This document shows, piece by piece, positions 18,156-27,991 of a DNA stretch of 64,000 bases; positions within the stretch are counted from its first letter, which is position 1, and each line of letters begins with the position of its first letter. A model generated the notes under the pieces. That model made no database searches. It saw nothing but the letters and a program-made list of their open reading frames with translations, and was not told the DNA's origin. The translations under genes were made by a program, and so were the position numbers. Origin of the DNA: an uncultured delta proteobacterium (GTDB taxonomy: Bacteria > Desulfobacterota > Syntrophia > Syntrophales > UBA2185); contig OY970063.1 of assembly GCA_963705275.1 (NCBI GenBank), forward strand, positions 1,026,515 through 1,090,514, in the 5' to 3' direction.

Positions 18156-18647
18156 ATGAAGAGACGAAACGCACTTTATGGGCTAATGGCATTTATTATG
18201 TGCCTCACGCTGATTTTCGCCGGCGCGTGCGCAAAGATGGCGACTGTGAAGGACGGCGGAGCCGAACAGCAGCAAGCGGCTCAGAAGGAGTCAGCAGCCG
18301 GCGTTCAGGGCGCCGCAGGCCAGAAAGTTTCGCCTGGGAGTGAAGCAATGGCAGGGGCGAAGGGCAAGGCAGAAGCCGGCAAACTGGAGACTTATGTTGT
18401 CAAAAAGGGTGACTCCCTGTGGGCAATAGCCAAGAAGAAGAATATCTACAATGATCCCTTCCTCTGGCCCGTCATTTTTGATGCTAACAAGGGAAAGATT
18501 AAGAAAGCAAATCTGATCTACCCGGGCCAGAAACTGAAGATTCCCCGCAGTGGCATAAGCATGGATGCCCTCAAGGATGCCAGGAAAAAAGCTGGTGCGA
18601 AGAAACCTTATCTTCCCCCGCAGGCTGCGGTAGTTCCAAAAAGTTAG
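18156..18647 (+). CDS. LysM domain lipoprotein
   Basis: Lipobox AGAC; YVVKKGDSLWAIA...IFDAN...NLIYPGQKLKIP. Confidence 0.88.
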   Translation: MKRRNALYGLMAFIMCLTLIFAGACAKMATVKDGGAEQQQAAQKESAAGVQGAAGQKVSPGSEAMAGAKGKAEAGKLETYVVKKGDSLWAIAKKKNIYNDPFLWPVIFDANKGKIKKANLIYPGQKLKIPRSGISMDALKDARKKAGAKKPYLPPQAAVVPKS

Positions 18648-18744
18648 GCATCAGCAGAAATTTATTAGTCAGAAGATTGCTCCGCATTCAACGCATTTAT
18701 TTGCGCGTGCGGAGCTGTTCATACCTGAATATATTGTCGATAAC

Positions 18745-18791
18745 AAATGGGGCTGGGGATTGCTTTGCGAAACCATGTGCCCCATTTTTTT
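18745..18791 (+). terminator. Putative terminator after the LysM gene
   Basis: AAATGGGGC...GCCCCATTT followed by a T-tract. Confidence 0.55.
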
Positions 18792-18885
18792 ATGCCGGAT
18801 GACAATGCAATTCTCTCCCCAATCTCCGCCTTCCCAATAATCTGTTTCTATTGTATACGTTTAACAAGATGAGAGGAAATATAGT

Positions 18886-20361
18886 ATGAGTTTCACCGAT
18901 TATGGACATCGTTCCTTTCTCCGGACAATAGCCCGGCGGGCTATGATTGAGAAGGGATTGCTCCCTGATTTTTCCCGTGAAGCAATAGCTGAAGTTGCCG
19001 GTATAGAGATGCCTGCAGTAGCCGACGGCGAGAAGGTTCGTGACCTTAGAAATATTATATGGGCTTCCATTGACAATGATGATACCCGTGACATTGATCA
19101 GGTCACAGCTGCGCGGGAGATGTCCGGCAACTCCGTAATGATTCTTGTCGCAGTCGCCGATGTAGACGCCATAGTCAGGAGCGGTTCAGCTATCGACGAC
19201 CATGCCCGGCGTAACGCCACCTCCGTATACACAGCTGCCGAGATATTCCCGATGCTTCCCGAAAGACTTTCTACAAATCTCACATCGTTGGGCTTTAATG
19301 AGGACAGACTGGCGATGGTCGTCGAAATGGTCATAGGACGGGACGGGTCATTCCTGGCCTCCGATATTTACCGGGCCTATGTGCGCAATCGCGCAAAGCT
19401 CGCCTATAACAGTGTTGCAGCCTGGCTGGAAGGAGTCGGAGATGCGCCTGAAGCCCTCGCCTCTGTAAACGGACTCGATGAAAATATACGCTTGCAGGAA
19501 AGAACGGCCCAAACCATGAAGAATCATCGCCGCCGTCAGGGGGCTCTCAGTTTCGAAACCGTCGAGGCAAGGCCCGTATTTCACGGCGACGAGGTCCGCG
19601 GCCTCGCAGTCGAGAGGAAGAAACGGGCCAGAACTATTATCGAGGAATTCATGGTAGCTGCAAACGTCACAGCTGCCCGGTATCTCTCGTCGAGGAAATT
19701 TCCTTCTCTCCGCCGCGCGGTCCGCACTCCGAAAAGGTGGGAGAGGATCGTGGAGATCGCAGGGGAACACGGCTTTGAGCTTCCGCAAGAACCTGATTCA
19801 AGAGCGTTGGAGGAGTTCCTGCTAAAGGAGAAGAAAAGCGATCCGCAAAGATTCCCCGATCTCTCCCTCTCCGTAATTAAACTCATAGGACCGGGCGAAT
19901 ATGTTGCGGATACTTCGGGAGACACTGCGGCCCCCGGACACTTTGGTCTCGCTGCCGGCGCCTACACCCATTCCACGGCTCCCAATCGCCGTTACGCGGA
20001 CCTTGTCGTGCACCGTCTATTGAAGGCGGCCGTGGGAGGCATGCCTGCGCCTTACAACGGTGATGAACTTCAAGCCCTCGCTATCGACTGTACAGAGAAA
20101 GAGAATGCCGCGAACAAGGTGGAACGGCAGGTATTCAAATCAGCGGCGGCAATCCTGCTCGAGTCAAGAATAGGAGAGCAGTTCGATGCCATCGTCACAG
20201 GCGCCGCCTCGAAAGGCACATGGGTGCGCCTTACCCATCCGCCTGTTGAAGGCAAGCTCGTAGAAGATTTCCATGGCATCGATGTGGGTGAAAGAATTCG
20301 TGTGCAGCTTATTCATACCGATGCGGAGTCGGGACACATCGACTTCAAGAAGGTGGAATAA
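18886..20361 (+). CDS. RNB-domain exoribonuclease (RNase II/R family, short form)
   Basis: SIDNDDTRDIDQ, TSVY..PMLP, IEEFMVAAN, HFGL..YTHSTAPNRRYADL, C-terminal S1-like region. Confidence 0.9.
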   Translation: MSFTDYGHRSFLRTIARRAMIEKGLLPDFSREAIAEVAGIEMPAVADGEKVRDLRNIIWASIDNDDTRDIDQVTAAREMSGNSVMILVAVADVDAIVRSGSAIDDHARRNATSVYTAAEIFPMLPERLSTNLTSLGFNEDRLAMVVEMVIGRDGSFLASDIYRAYVRNRAKLAYNSVAAWLEGVGDAPEALASVNGLDENIRLQERTAQTMKNHRRRQGALSFETVEARPVFHGDEVRGLAVERKKRARTIIEEFMVAANVTAARYLSSRKFPSLRRAVRTPKRWERIVEIAGEHGFELPQEPDSRALEEFLLKEKKSDPQRFPDLSLSVIKLIGPGEYVADTSGDTAAPGHFGLAAGAYTHSTAPNRRYADLVVHRLLKAAVGGMPAPYNGDELQALAIDCTEKENAANKVERQVFKSAAAILLESRIGEQFDAIVTGAASKGTWVRLTHPPVEGKLVEDFHGIDVGERIRVQLIHTDAESGHIDFKKVE

Positions 20362-20439
20362 TCGAAAATAATCCTATCAGGATGAGGTCTTGTCCTCGTT
20401 ATTCAAGGATAGAGGGAGGCCCCGCCGGCTTTCCCCCCA

Positions 20440-23400
20440 TCAGACCCCGCCCTTTTCTGCAGCGGCCTGATCTTCGCTCGCCTGGGCTCCGGCATGTTCC
20501 GCAGCAAGGAATACATACATGGCCGGTACCACAAACAGCGTAAAGAGCGTGCCGATGGCGATGCCGGCCATAATCACCAGCCCCATATTGAAGCGGCCCA
20601 CCGCGCCCGCGCCGGAAGCGGTTACCAGCGGCAGCACGCCGAGTACCATCGCCGCAGTAGTCATCAGTATCGGTCGCAGGCGGATGGTCGCCGCCATTTC
20701 CACTGCCTCGCGCTTGCCTTTCCCCTCCTTCTGTAGGTCGTTGGCAAACTGGACGATCAGGATGCCGTGCTTGCTGATAAGGCCGATCAGGGTCACCAAT
20801 CCAACCTCGGTATAGATGTTGAGGGTTGCACCGCCAATGCCCAGGCTGATGAATATCATGGCCCCGCAAATCGACATGGGCACGCTCACGAGCACGATGA
20901 AAGGATCACGGAAGCTTTCGAAGAGCGCCGCCAGTGCCAAGAAGATGATAATCAGTGCAAAGAAGAATGTCACTATGAGCGCGCTGGACTCCTGCATAAA
21001 CTGACGTGACTGGCCGCTGTAATCAATGCTGTAGCCCTGGGGCAGTACGTCTTTCGCTAGTTTTCTTAACGTATCCAACGCCTCCCCGAGAGTAACGCCA
21101 GCGGCGGGCACGGCGGATATTGTGGCTGAATTAAGCTGCTGGAAATGGTTGAGCGACTCCGGCGCCACGTCTGTTCTGAGGCGCACAAAAGTTGAAACGG
21201 GAATGGATGCCCCGCTGGCTGTATTGATGTAGTAGTTCCGCAGCTGCCCTGCGTTGAGCCGTTCGCTCTGCATCACCTGCGGAATCACTTTGTAAGAGCG
21301 CCCGGCAAGGCTGAAGTAGTTGACATAGCCCCCGCCCAGCATGGATCCCAGTGCATCGCCTACATCACGCATCGTAAGACCCAGTTGTGCAGCCTTATCG
21401 CGATCTATCTCTACTGTTGTCTGCGGCTTATCTACCTTCAGATCCGTGTCCACGAACGCGAATGCTCCGCTTGCATATGCCTTTTGCATGAGTGCCTGTG
21501 ACACCTCATTCAGGCGTTCGTACGATTCCGTGGTGCCGACCACAAATTGTACGGGTAGGCCGCTCGTGCCGGGGAGCGGCGGCCGCTGGAACGCAACGGC
21601 GCGGACGCCCGATATCTCTCCGAATCGGATCTGTACCTCAGGCTGCAGATCCATGGTTGTGCGCTTCCGTTCGTCCCATGGTTTAAACACCATACCCGCG
21701 ACGCCCGTGTTGAGCCCGGCGATGCCGTCGAGCTGAAATACGTGATCCGTCTCCGGATAACTGCTGAATATCTTATATACCTGCCGCGAATACAGTTGCG
21801 TCTGCTGCAACGAGGCATTAGGCGCCGCCGTAATTAAAGAAATGATAATCCCCTGATCCTCTATGGGCGAGAGTTCACTCTTTGCGATTCTGTAGAGGAA
21901 ATAATTGCTGCAGAGGATGATTACGGCAAATACGGCAGTCACCACCCGGTAATCGAGTGCTCCGCGAAGGAGTACTTCGTAGCCGCCGCGAGTTCGTCTG
22001 AACTGACGGTCGATAAAACCCAGGAGGCGATTTTGGCCGCAATCTTCCGCTGACTTGAGGAGGCGCGAGCACATCATTGGCGAAAGCGTGAGTGCAATGA
22101 CAGCCGACACGCCCACAGTTCCTGCCAGAGTATAGGCGAACTCGGTAAAAAGCGCACCTGTCAGGCCGCCCATGAAACCGATCGGCACATACACTGCCAC
22201 GAGCACGACCGATATCGCAATAATAGGCGCTGCCAACTCGCGCGCACCTTGGATCGCGGCCTGCATGGGCGGCATGCCTCCCTCTATATGACGTTGTGCA
22301 TTTTCTACAACGATTATGGCGTCGTCCACGACGAGGCCTATCGCCAGGACCAGCGAGAGCAGCGTCAAGAGATTAATTGTATAACCAAGGACAAGCATGA
22401 TGAAGAACGCCCCGATGAGCGACAGCGGCATCGCGATGGTAGGAATTATGACCGATCGTACCGAGCACAGAAAAAGGAAGATCACTGCCGTCACGATAAC
22501 CAGGGCCTTGATCAGGGTGCTAACCACCTCTTTGATGGAACTGTTTACATACTTTGTGGCGTCGTAGACAATTTTCCCGTTCAGCCCTTCCGGCAGCTGC
22601 TCCTCGATAGGGGGGAATGCCTCGCGCACATTGCGAATTACTGTAAGCAGGTTGGCGTTCGGGGCCACTTTGATGCCGATATAGACGGCGCTCTCCCCAT
22701 CGAAGCTTACGGCAGTGTCGTAATCTTCGGAGCCAAGCGTAATTTTGGCGACATCGCCCAGACGGATGATTGCACCGTTTTGCGACTTTAGAATAAGGTT
22801 GCGGAACTCGTCGACTGAGTGGAGACCTGTATAGGCAATGAGATTTACTGTAACCATCTGCCCCTGGGTGCGCCCGACAGCGGAGATGAAATCATTATTG
22901 GCAAGGGCGGTGCTTACATCCGTGGCAGTCAGGCCATATGCTGCCATTTTCCCCGGATCCAGCCATGCCCGCAGGGCAAATGTACGTTTGCCGAGAACCT
23001 CCGCAGTCTGCACGCCCTCAACCGCCTGCAGCTTAGGCTGTACCACCCTTATCAGATAGTCGGTGATCTTGTTGGTAGGCAGCACATTGCTGTAGAACCC
23101 GATGTACATCGAATCTATCGTTTCGCCCACGGCGACCGTGATTATAGGCAGTTGTGAATCTTTCGGAAGTTGGTTCAGCACCGCGTTAACCTTGGTGTTG
23201 ATTTCGGTCAGCGCCTTGTTCGGGTCATAGTTCAGACGCAGGTTGGCCTGGATAGTACTCAGACTCTGCGTGCTCGACGAGGTGAGATAGTCTATTCCAT
23301 TCGCTTGCGCGATCGAGTTTTCGAGCGGGGTACTGATGAAACCCGCGACCAGCGCCGGGTCTGCCCCTGTATAGACAGTTGAGACGGTCACCACAGCATT

Positions 23401-23523
23401 CTGGGTGAAGGGATATTGGCGTACCTGCAAGAGCCCGAGAGAACGCAAGCCCAGAACCAGGATCAGCAGGCTCACAACAGTGGCAAGTACGGGGCGGCGA
23501 ATGAAAATATCCGTGAAGCGCAT
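20440..23523 (-). CDS. RND efflux permease (MexI/MexW-like)
   Basis: FIRRPVLA, AIGLVVDDAIIVVEN, ALTLSPMMCS, RLRPILMTT; 1027 aa. Confidence 0.95.
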   Translation of the reverse strand: MRFTDIFIRRPVLATVVSLLILVLGLRSLGLLQVRQYPFTQNAVVTVSTVYTGADPALVAGFISTPLENSIAQANGIDYLTSSSTQSLSTIQANLRLNYDPNKALTEINTKVNAVLNQLPKDSQLPIITVAVGETIDSMYIGFYSNVLPTNKITDYLIRVVQPKLQAVEGVQTAEVLGKRTFALRAWLDPGKMAAYGLTATDVSTALANNDFISAVGRTQGQMVTVNLIAYTGLHSVDEFRNLILKSQNGAIIRLGDVAKITLGSEDYDTAVSFDGESAVYIGIKVAPNANLLTVIRNVREAFPPIEEQLPEGLNGKIVYDATKYVNSSIKEVVSTLIKALVIVTAVIFLFLCSVRSVIIPTIAMPLSLIGAFFIMLVLGYTINLLTLLSLVLAIGLVVDDAIIVVENAQRHIEGGMPPMQAAIQGARELAAPIIAISVVLVAVYVPIGFMGGLTGALFTEFAYTLAGTVGVSAVIALTLSPMMCSRLLKSAEDCGQNRLLGFIDRQFRRTRGGYEVLLRGALDYRVVTAVFAVIILCSNYFLYRIAKSELSPIEDQGIIISLITAAPNASLQQTQLYSRQVYKIFSSYPETDHVFQLDGIAGLNTGVAGMVFKPWDERKRTTMDLQPEVQIRFGEISGVRAVAFQRPPLPGTSGLPVQFVVGTTESYERLNEVSQALMQKAYASGAFAFVDTDLKVDKPQTTVEIDRDKAAQLGLTMRDVGDALGSMLGGGYVNYFSLAGRSYKVIPQVMQSERLNAGQLRNYYINTASGASIPVSTFVRLRTDVAPESLNHFQQLNSATISAVPAAGVTLGEALDTLRKLAKDVLPQGYSIDYSGQSRQFMQESSALIVTFFFALIIIFLALAALFESFRDPFIVLVSVPMSICGAMIFISLGIGGATLNIYTEVGLVTLIGLISKHGILIVQFANDLQKEGKGKREAVEMAATIRLRPILMTTAAMVLGVLPLVTASGAGAVGRFNMGLVIMAGIAIGTLFTLFVVPAMYVFLAAEHAGAQASEDQAAAEKGGV

Positions 23524-23539
23524 GCGTGCACCTTCCGTA

Positions 23540-24670
23540 TTACTCGTCCACCGGCTGGGGGGCGGCTTCGTTGGTCGGCTGTACCTGATTATTGATGGTT
23601 ACCGGGCTCCCGTTCTTTAGTTTAATCTGCCCGCTCGTTACCACGACATCTCCTTCTTTTATACCCTTAAGGACGGCTACCTGGTCGCCGCGGGCGATGC
23701 CGACGGTTACAAAAGTCTGTCTGGCTGTCAGATGAGGCTGGCCCTCCGGCCCCTTCCCGCCCTCCTCCACGATAAACACCGTGTCGCCATAGGGGTTGTA
23801 TGTCACTGCTGTCTGCGGCAGTGTAAGGTGGCGCTCCACAGAGCCGGCCTGAACCTCGACCGACGCGTACATCCCCGGCAACAGCTCATGTTTGGAATTG
23901 GCGAGTGTCGCCTCGACCTGGAAGTTGCGTGTGGCGGCATCCACCTGAGGGTTGATGGCAGTTATTCGGCCATCGAACCTGCGGCCGGGGTATGTGTCTG
24001 ATGCGACGGTGATCTTCTGACCGAGCGATATCCTTGAAAGCTCCTGCTGCGGCAGTAAGAAGTCACAGTAAATAGAGTCGAGCGATTGCAGCGTGACGAT
24101 CTTGTCGCCGGGATTTATATATTGCCCGGGATTCACAGTGCTAATGCCGAGCCGCCCGGCAAACGGGGCACGAATGGTCTTCTTGCTGACGAGGGCCTCT
24201 TGTTGTGCGACCTGGGCGCGTTTGCTCTTGAGATCGGCGATGTCAGCGTCCAGAGTGGCCTGACTTATGGCCTGCACGTCAAATTGTTTTCGGTCTCGCA
24301 TATAAACCGTGCCTGCCAATTCTGCAGCAGCCTCAAGCGAGCGCAATTGGGCGATGTCGGCATCAGCGTTGAGCTGCACCAGCACTTGACCGGCCTTGAC
24401 CGTGTCCCCTGACTTGAAGCGCAAGGTCCGTACAAGTCCTGAAATTTCGCTGGTCACGTCAACACCCCGCACGGCACGAAGAGAGCCGACGGCTTTCAGC
24501 TGCGGCTGCCAGGCGTGCAATTCGGCCTTTATCGTCGTTACCGTAACCGGCGGCATCTGCATACCGGCCATGGATTTCTTGAGCATATGCTCCTTGAAGG
24601 CATGATAGCCGAAAATGCCGCCAAACAGCAGGCCGACGACCGCCAGCATGATTAACATCCGCCTTCCCAT
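23540..24670 (-). CDS. RND efflux periplasmic adaptor (MFP)
   Basis: N-terminal TM, lipoyl-like F.SGD.V.AGQ.LVQL, IRAPFAG, LLPGMYA. Confidence 0.92.
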   Translation of the reverse strand: MGRRMLIMLAVVGLLFGGIFGYHAFKEHMLKKSMAGMQMPPVTVTTIKAELHAWQPQLKAVGSLRAVRGVDVTSEISGLVRTLRFKSGDTVKAGQVLVQLNADADIAQLRSLEAAAELAGTVYMRDRKQFDVQAISQATLDADIADLKSKRAQVAQQEALVSKKTIRAPFAGRLGISTVNPGQYINPGDKIVTLQSLDSIYCDFLLPQQELSRISLGQKITVASDTYPGRRFDGRITAINPQVDAATRNFQVEATLANSKHELLPGMYASVEVQAGSVERHLTLPQTAVTYNPYGDTVFIVEEGGKGPEGQPHLTARQTFVTVGIARGDQVAVLKGIKEGDVVVTSGQIKLKNGSPVTINNQVQPTNEAAPQPVDE

Positions 24671-24859
24671 CAGAAGCCCCTCCCTTTCTACATGCGTGTT
24701 ACTTGCGTTGTCACTTGCGTGATAGACATCATGGACCCGGAGCGCATTCCGTATCCATTCTCCTGCTGTGCACGGCCGCGGGAACGGGCCGCCGTCTGAA
24801 CTCAAAATATATTGAGGCTCTCCGCGGCAGGCTGTGAGTGAATGCGCTCGCTACCGAAA

Positions 24860-26416
24860 TCATTCTGACTTCATTTCAGCCGCCGCCTCTGCCTTGGGAT
24901 TGCGGTTCCACCAGCCGCCGCCCAGGGCCTGATATAATGCCGCCGTGTCAGCGAAGCGCGCCGCCTGCGCTTGAACCAGACCCAATCGCGCCTGCTCATA
25001 CTGGCGTTCGGCATTGAGCAGCGAGAGATAGCTTACAGCACCGAGTTCATACTGTTTCTCCGTGAGATCGAGCGTGCCGCGGGCAGCCGCCTCGGCTTCC
25101 GCCTGTGCCTTAAGCGTGCTCGCATCCCCCGCAAGGGCGCGAAGCACGTCAGCAACATTCTGAAACGCCTGCAAAACCGTGTCGCGATATTGTGCCAGCG
25201 CCTGCTCGTAAACGGCAATCGCGGCGCGGTGCTTCGCAGTGAGCTCCCCGCCATGGAATATAGGCTGAAGCACACCGGCGCCCAAGCTCCAGATAGCCGC
25301 ACTGCCATTGAAAAGATCGCCGACGGTACTCGCCTGCAGGCCGAAACTGCCCGTCAGTGTGATCTGCGGGTACAAGTTTGCCGTCGACACGCCGACCTGC
25401 GCGCTCGCCGCGTGGAGTATCTCTTCCGCTGCCCTTATGTCGGGCCGCTGGCGCACCAGTAATGAAGGCAGGCTCACGGGCAGTTCCTCAGGCAGGTCAA
25501 AATCGTTCAAATCGAATTCGGGCAACGCCGCCTCGGAGGGCATTCTGCCTGCAAGCACCGCGAGTTGGTGGCGCGTCTGGGCAAGCTGCTTTTCCAGTGG
25601 CGGCAGGACGGCACGGGTCTGCGCAAGCTGCGCGCGCTGAGCAAGCACGTCCGAGCGCGGCGCCCCCCCAAGCCGGAACTGCTCTTCTACTACCCTGAGC
25701 TGTTTCTGCTGCGCCTCTATGATCTGCATCATTGCCGTTATCTGGGCGCGCAGTGACGCTTCTTTCACTGCCGTCGTGACAATATTGGCAGTAAGTGTAA
25801 GATAGACGCCTTCCAACTGAAACCGCTGGTAGTCTATCTGGGATTGCAGCGCTTCGAGTTTGCGCCGGGTGCCGCCGAAAAGGTCGAGTGCATACGAGAC
25901 ATTTACGGAGGCGTTGTAAAGATTGAAGGCGCTGATATCGATGTCCGGCTGACCTTGCGCGGCGCCGGAGATCTTCTGCCGCAAAGCGGAGATGTTGGCA
26001 TCCGCGACAGGGAAGAGAGAGCCGTATTGGGCCCGTCTGTTCTCGTCCGCCTCCCGGAGCCTTGCCTTCGCTGCTGCGACTGTCGGGCTATCTGCCAGTG
26101 CCTGCCGGATCAGCTGATCCAATTCCTCGGAATGAAGGAGCGTCCACCATTCCTCCGGAATATCTTTCCCCTCGGTGAAACGCTGTGCCGCGCCGGCAAT
26201 TCCGGGCGCTCTCTCAGTCTCCGCCGGAAGCACATCCGCAGTATAGGCTTTGGCGGTTGGGGCCTTCGGAGACTGAAAGTCGGGACCCACGGCGCATCCT
26301 GAGAGGACGCCGATAATCATCGCCGACACGGCCATCACGGAGAGCACATGGCCTTTCGGGCGCTTGCACACCAAAGCTCTCTCTCCACCCACACACATAG
26401 TGCTATCCTCACGCAT
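24860..26416 (-). CDS. NodT/TolC-family outer membrane efflux lipoprotein
   Basis: LSGCAVGPDF lipobox, WW, PSLLVRQRPDIRAAE, LYQALGGGWW. Confidence 0.93.
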   Translation of the reverse strand: MREDSTMCVGGERALVCKRPKGHVLSVMAVSAMIIGVLSGCAVGPDFQSPKAPTAKAYTADVLPAETERAPGIAGAAQRFTEGKDIPEEWWTLLHSEELDQLIRQALADSPTVAAAKARLREADENRRAQYGSLFPVADANISALRQKISGAAQGQPDIDISAFNLYNASVNVSYALDLFGGTRRKLEALQSQIDYQRFQLEGVYLTLTANIVTTAVKEASLRAQITAMMQIIEAQQKQLRVVEEQFRLGGAPRSDVLAQRAQLAQTRAVLPPLEKQLAQTRHQLAVLAGRMPSEAALPEFDLNDFDLPEELPVSLPSLLVRQRPDIRAAEEILHAASAQVGVSTANLYPQITLTGSFGLQASTVGDLFNGSAAIWSLGAGVLQPIFHGGELTAKHRAAIAVYEQALAQYRDTVLQAFQNVADVLRALAGDASTLKAQAEAEAAARGTLDLTEKQYELGAVSYLSLLNAERQYEQARLGLVQAQAARFADTAALYQALGGGWWNRNPKAEAAAEMKSE

Positions 26417-26428
26417 AGGGCTTTAAAA

Positions 26429-27109
26429 TCACCTTTTCAGACTGGCCACTGCCCTCGCATTATAATGGCGGCGTATCGAGTCCTCTTTCATGCCGATTCC
26501 AAGCAGCAGAAACCAGACGACATGTTTAACGAGCTTATCCCGCGAAACGCCGTAATTCAAGACAGGGGTCCTCGGCACAAAATCCGTCATGATTACGAAG
26601 GGCAAACGGTCTGTAAACCAGGCGCGCAAGTGATGCGGAACCGGGCTGTCTACCACATCCCCCGATGCGACAGCGGCCTTTATATTTGCCCGGAGCATCG
26701 GGATCAGCCGTCTCTCAGTCTCTTCCAGTACATAACGCGCGAATTCCCCGTCCCCCGCGAGACTGCGGAGGTAAAGACGGATAAAATCGTCTCGCTCAGT
26801 CAGTTTGACCGATATCAGTTCAGACGCCAGCAAGTGGACGATAAGCACGAGCGTTGAGGTAGAAGGCTTGAAAGACATTATATTCTTCGTTTTCTCCGAG
26901 ATGTTGTCAGTGAACAAGGCAAGCATGGCATGATAGAGGGTATCTTTGTCGGGGAATATCTTGAATAGCAGGCCTTCCGAAATACCGGCTGCCTGCGCCA
27001 GTTCCCGTGTCGTCGCCCCCTGGAGACCCTTCTGCGCAAAGAGTTCGCGAACCTTTATGAGTATGAGTTTTCGCCTCTCTTCACGAGACATTCTTCCCTT
27101 GGTTTTCAT
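26429..27109 (-). CDS. TetR/AcrR family regulator of the efflux operon
   Basis: LFAQKG..GATTRELAQAAGISEGLLFKIFPDK HTH. Confidence 0.88.
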   Translation of the reverse strand: MKTKGRMSREERRKLILIKVRELFAQKGLQGATTRELAQAAGISEGLLFKIFPDKDTLYHAMLALFTDNISEKTKNIMSFKPSTSTLVLIVHLLASELISVKLTERDDFIRLYLRSLAGDGEFARYVLEETERRLIPMLRANIKAAVASGDVVDSPVPHHLRAWFTDRLPFVIMTDFVPRTPVLNYGVSRDKLVKHVVWFLLLGIGMKEDSIRRHYNARAVASLKR

Positions 27110-27118
27110 GACCTTAAT

Positions 27119-27148
27119 TATATAGCAAGTGCTCACTTTCTCGTCAAC
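27119..27148 (-). promoter_or_regulatory. Sigma70 promoter with TetR-like operator
   Basis: Minus strand TTGACG-N17-TATATA(AT); the spacer contains the near-palindrome AAGTGAGCACTT (27127-27138). Confidence 0.6.
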
Positions 27149-27636
27149 GCCGGAAACGATATCTTGATAATGATATAAGATATGCAGAATAGTTCTATAA
27201 GGGATTCACTCATTTATTGGTTCATAATCTCTTAGACGGGCAAAAAAATTGGAAAACGGAAAGTGCGCTTCCGAAGTATTCTGATATCCGCTGAGGCGGC
27301 AGGCGTAGACGCATTCTACGAGCCGTCATATATCGCGAGATGATCCGCGCCTTCCCCTAAGGGGGGATATCAATTGCCCTATCCTTTCCTCCTTTCCTTT
27401 AGAAGAAATAAGTCAGATGAACATCGAATATCAAGTATATCGGAGCGGATAATCAGGGATTGCAGGATAGAAATTTGCCGTGAGAAGAGTTAAGATGAGA
27501 GCCATGACAAGTCGTAATATCTGCAATTTCAGGATCAAGTTTGTGACCTCAAGCTCGCGGGCAGACAGCAAGGTTATGTCCCGATGCCGGCCAGAGACTT
27601 GGTCTCTATAATGGAAATATTTCATGAGAGGAGTAA

Positions 27637-27894
27637 ATGGCTATGACTTATTCATTTGCCTGTCCCCTGCCCTGTGATTACGAAATAAAGGTCCATGCTA
27701 ATAACAATGACGATGCGGTGAATACTATCATCAGGGCAGGCGCCATGCGCTGCCGCAATATCGAAAAAAATTGCCGTTGTGAAAAAGCCCGTGTCCATTT
27801 GCCGCCGGTAACAGCAGAACAGTTGAGAAGCATTGTGCGATTATGCATGAAGGAAGAACATGACCCATCAAGCCGTCATGCAGGTGGCGGATGA
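27637..27894 (+). CDS. Small hypothetical protein (DUF1059-like, Cys-containing)
   Basis: GAGGAG RBS; YSFACP.PC.YEI.V.A.N.DDAV pattern. Confidence 0.55.
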   Translation: MAMTYSFACPLPCDYEIKVHANNNDDAVNTIIRAGAMRCRNIEKNCRCEKARVHLPPVTAEQLRSIVRLCMKEEHDPSSRHAGGG

Positions 27895-27991
27895 CATATA
27901 GACGCAGTTTAGGGTGCTCAAGGCCGCCTTTTCCTGAGTAAATGTGTCGGTTCAAGAAGACCCCCCTCTTGTGGCAATATCAAAATTGCCG

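Noticed and set aside
27431-27625. LuxR-type gene (LSARELEV)
   Set aside because: Similarity covers only about 10 residues and the rest of the HTH is absent.
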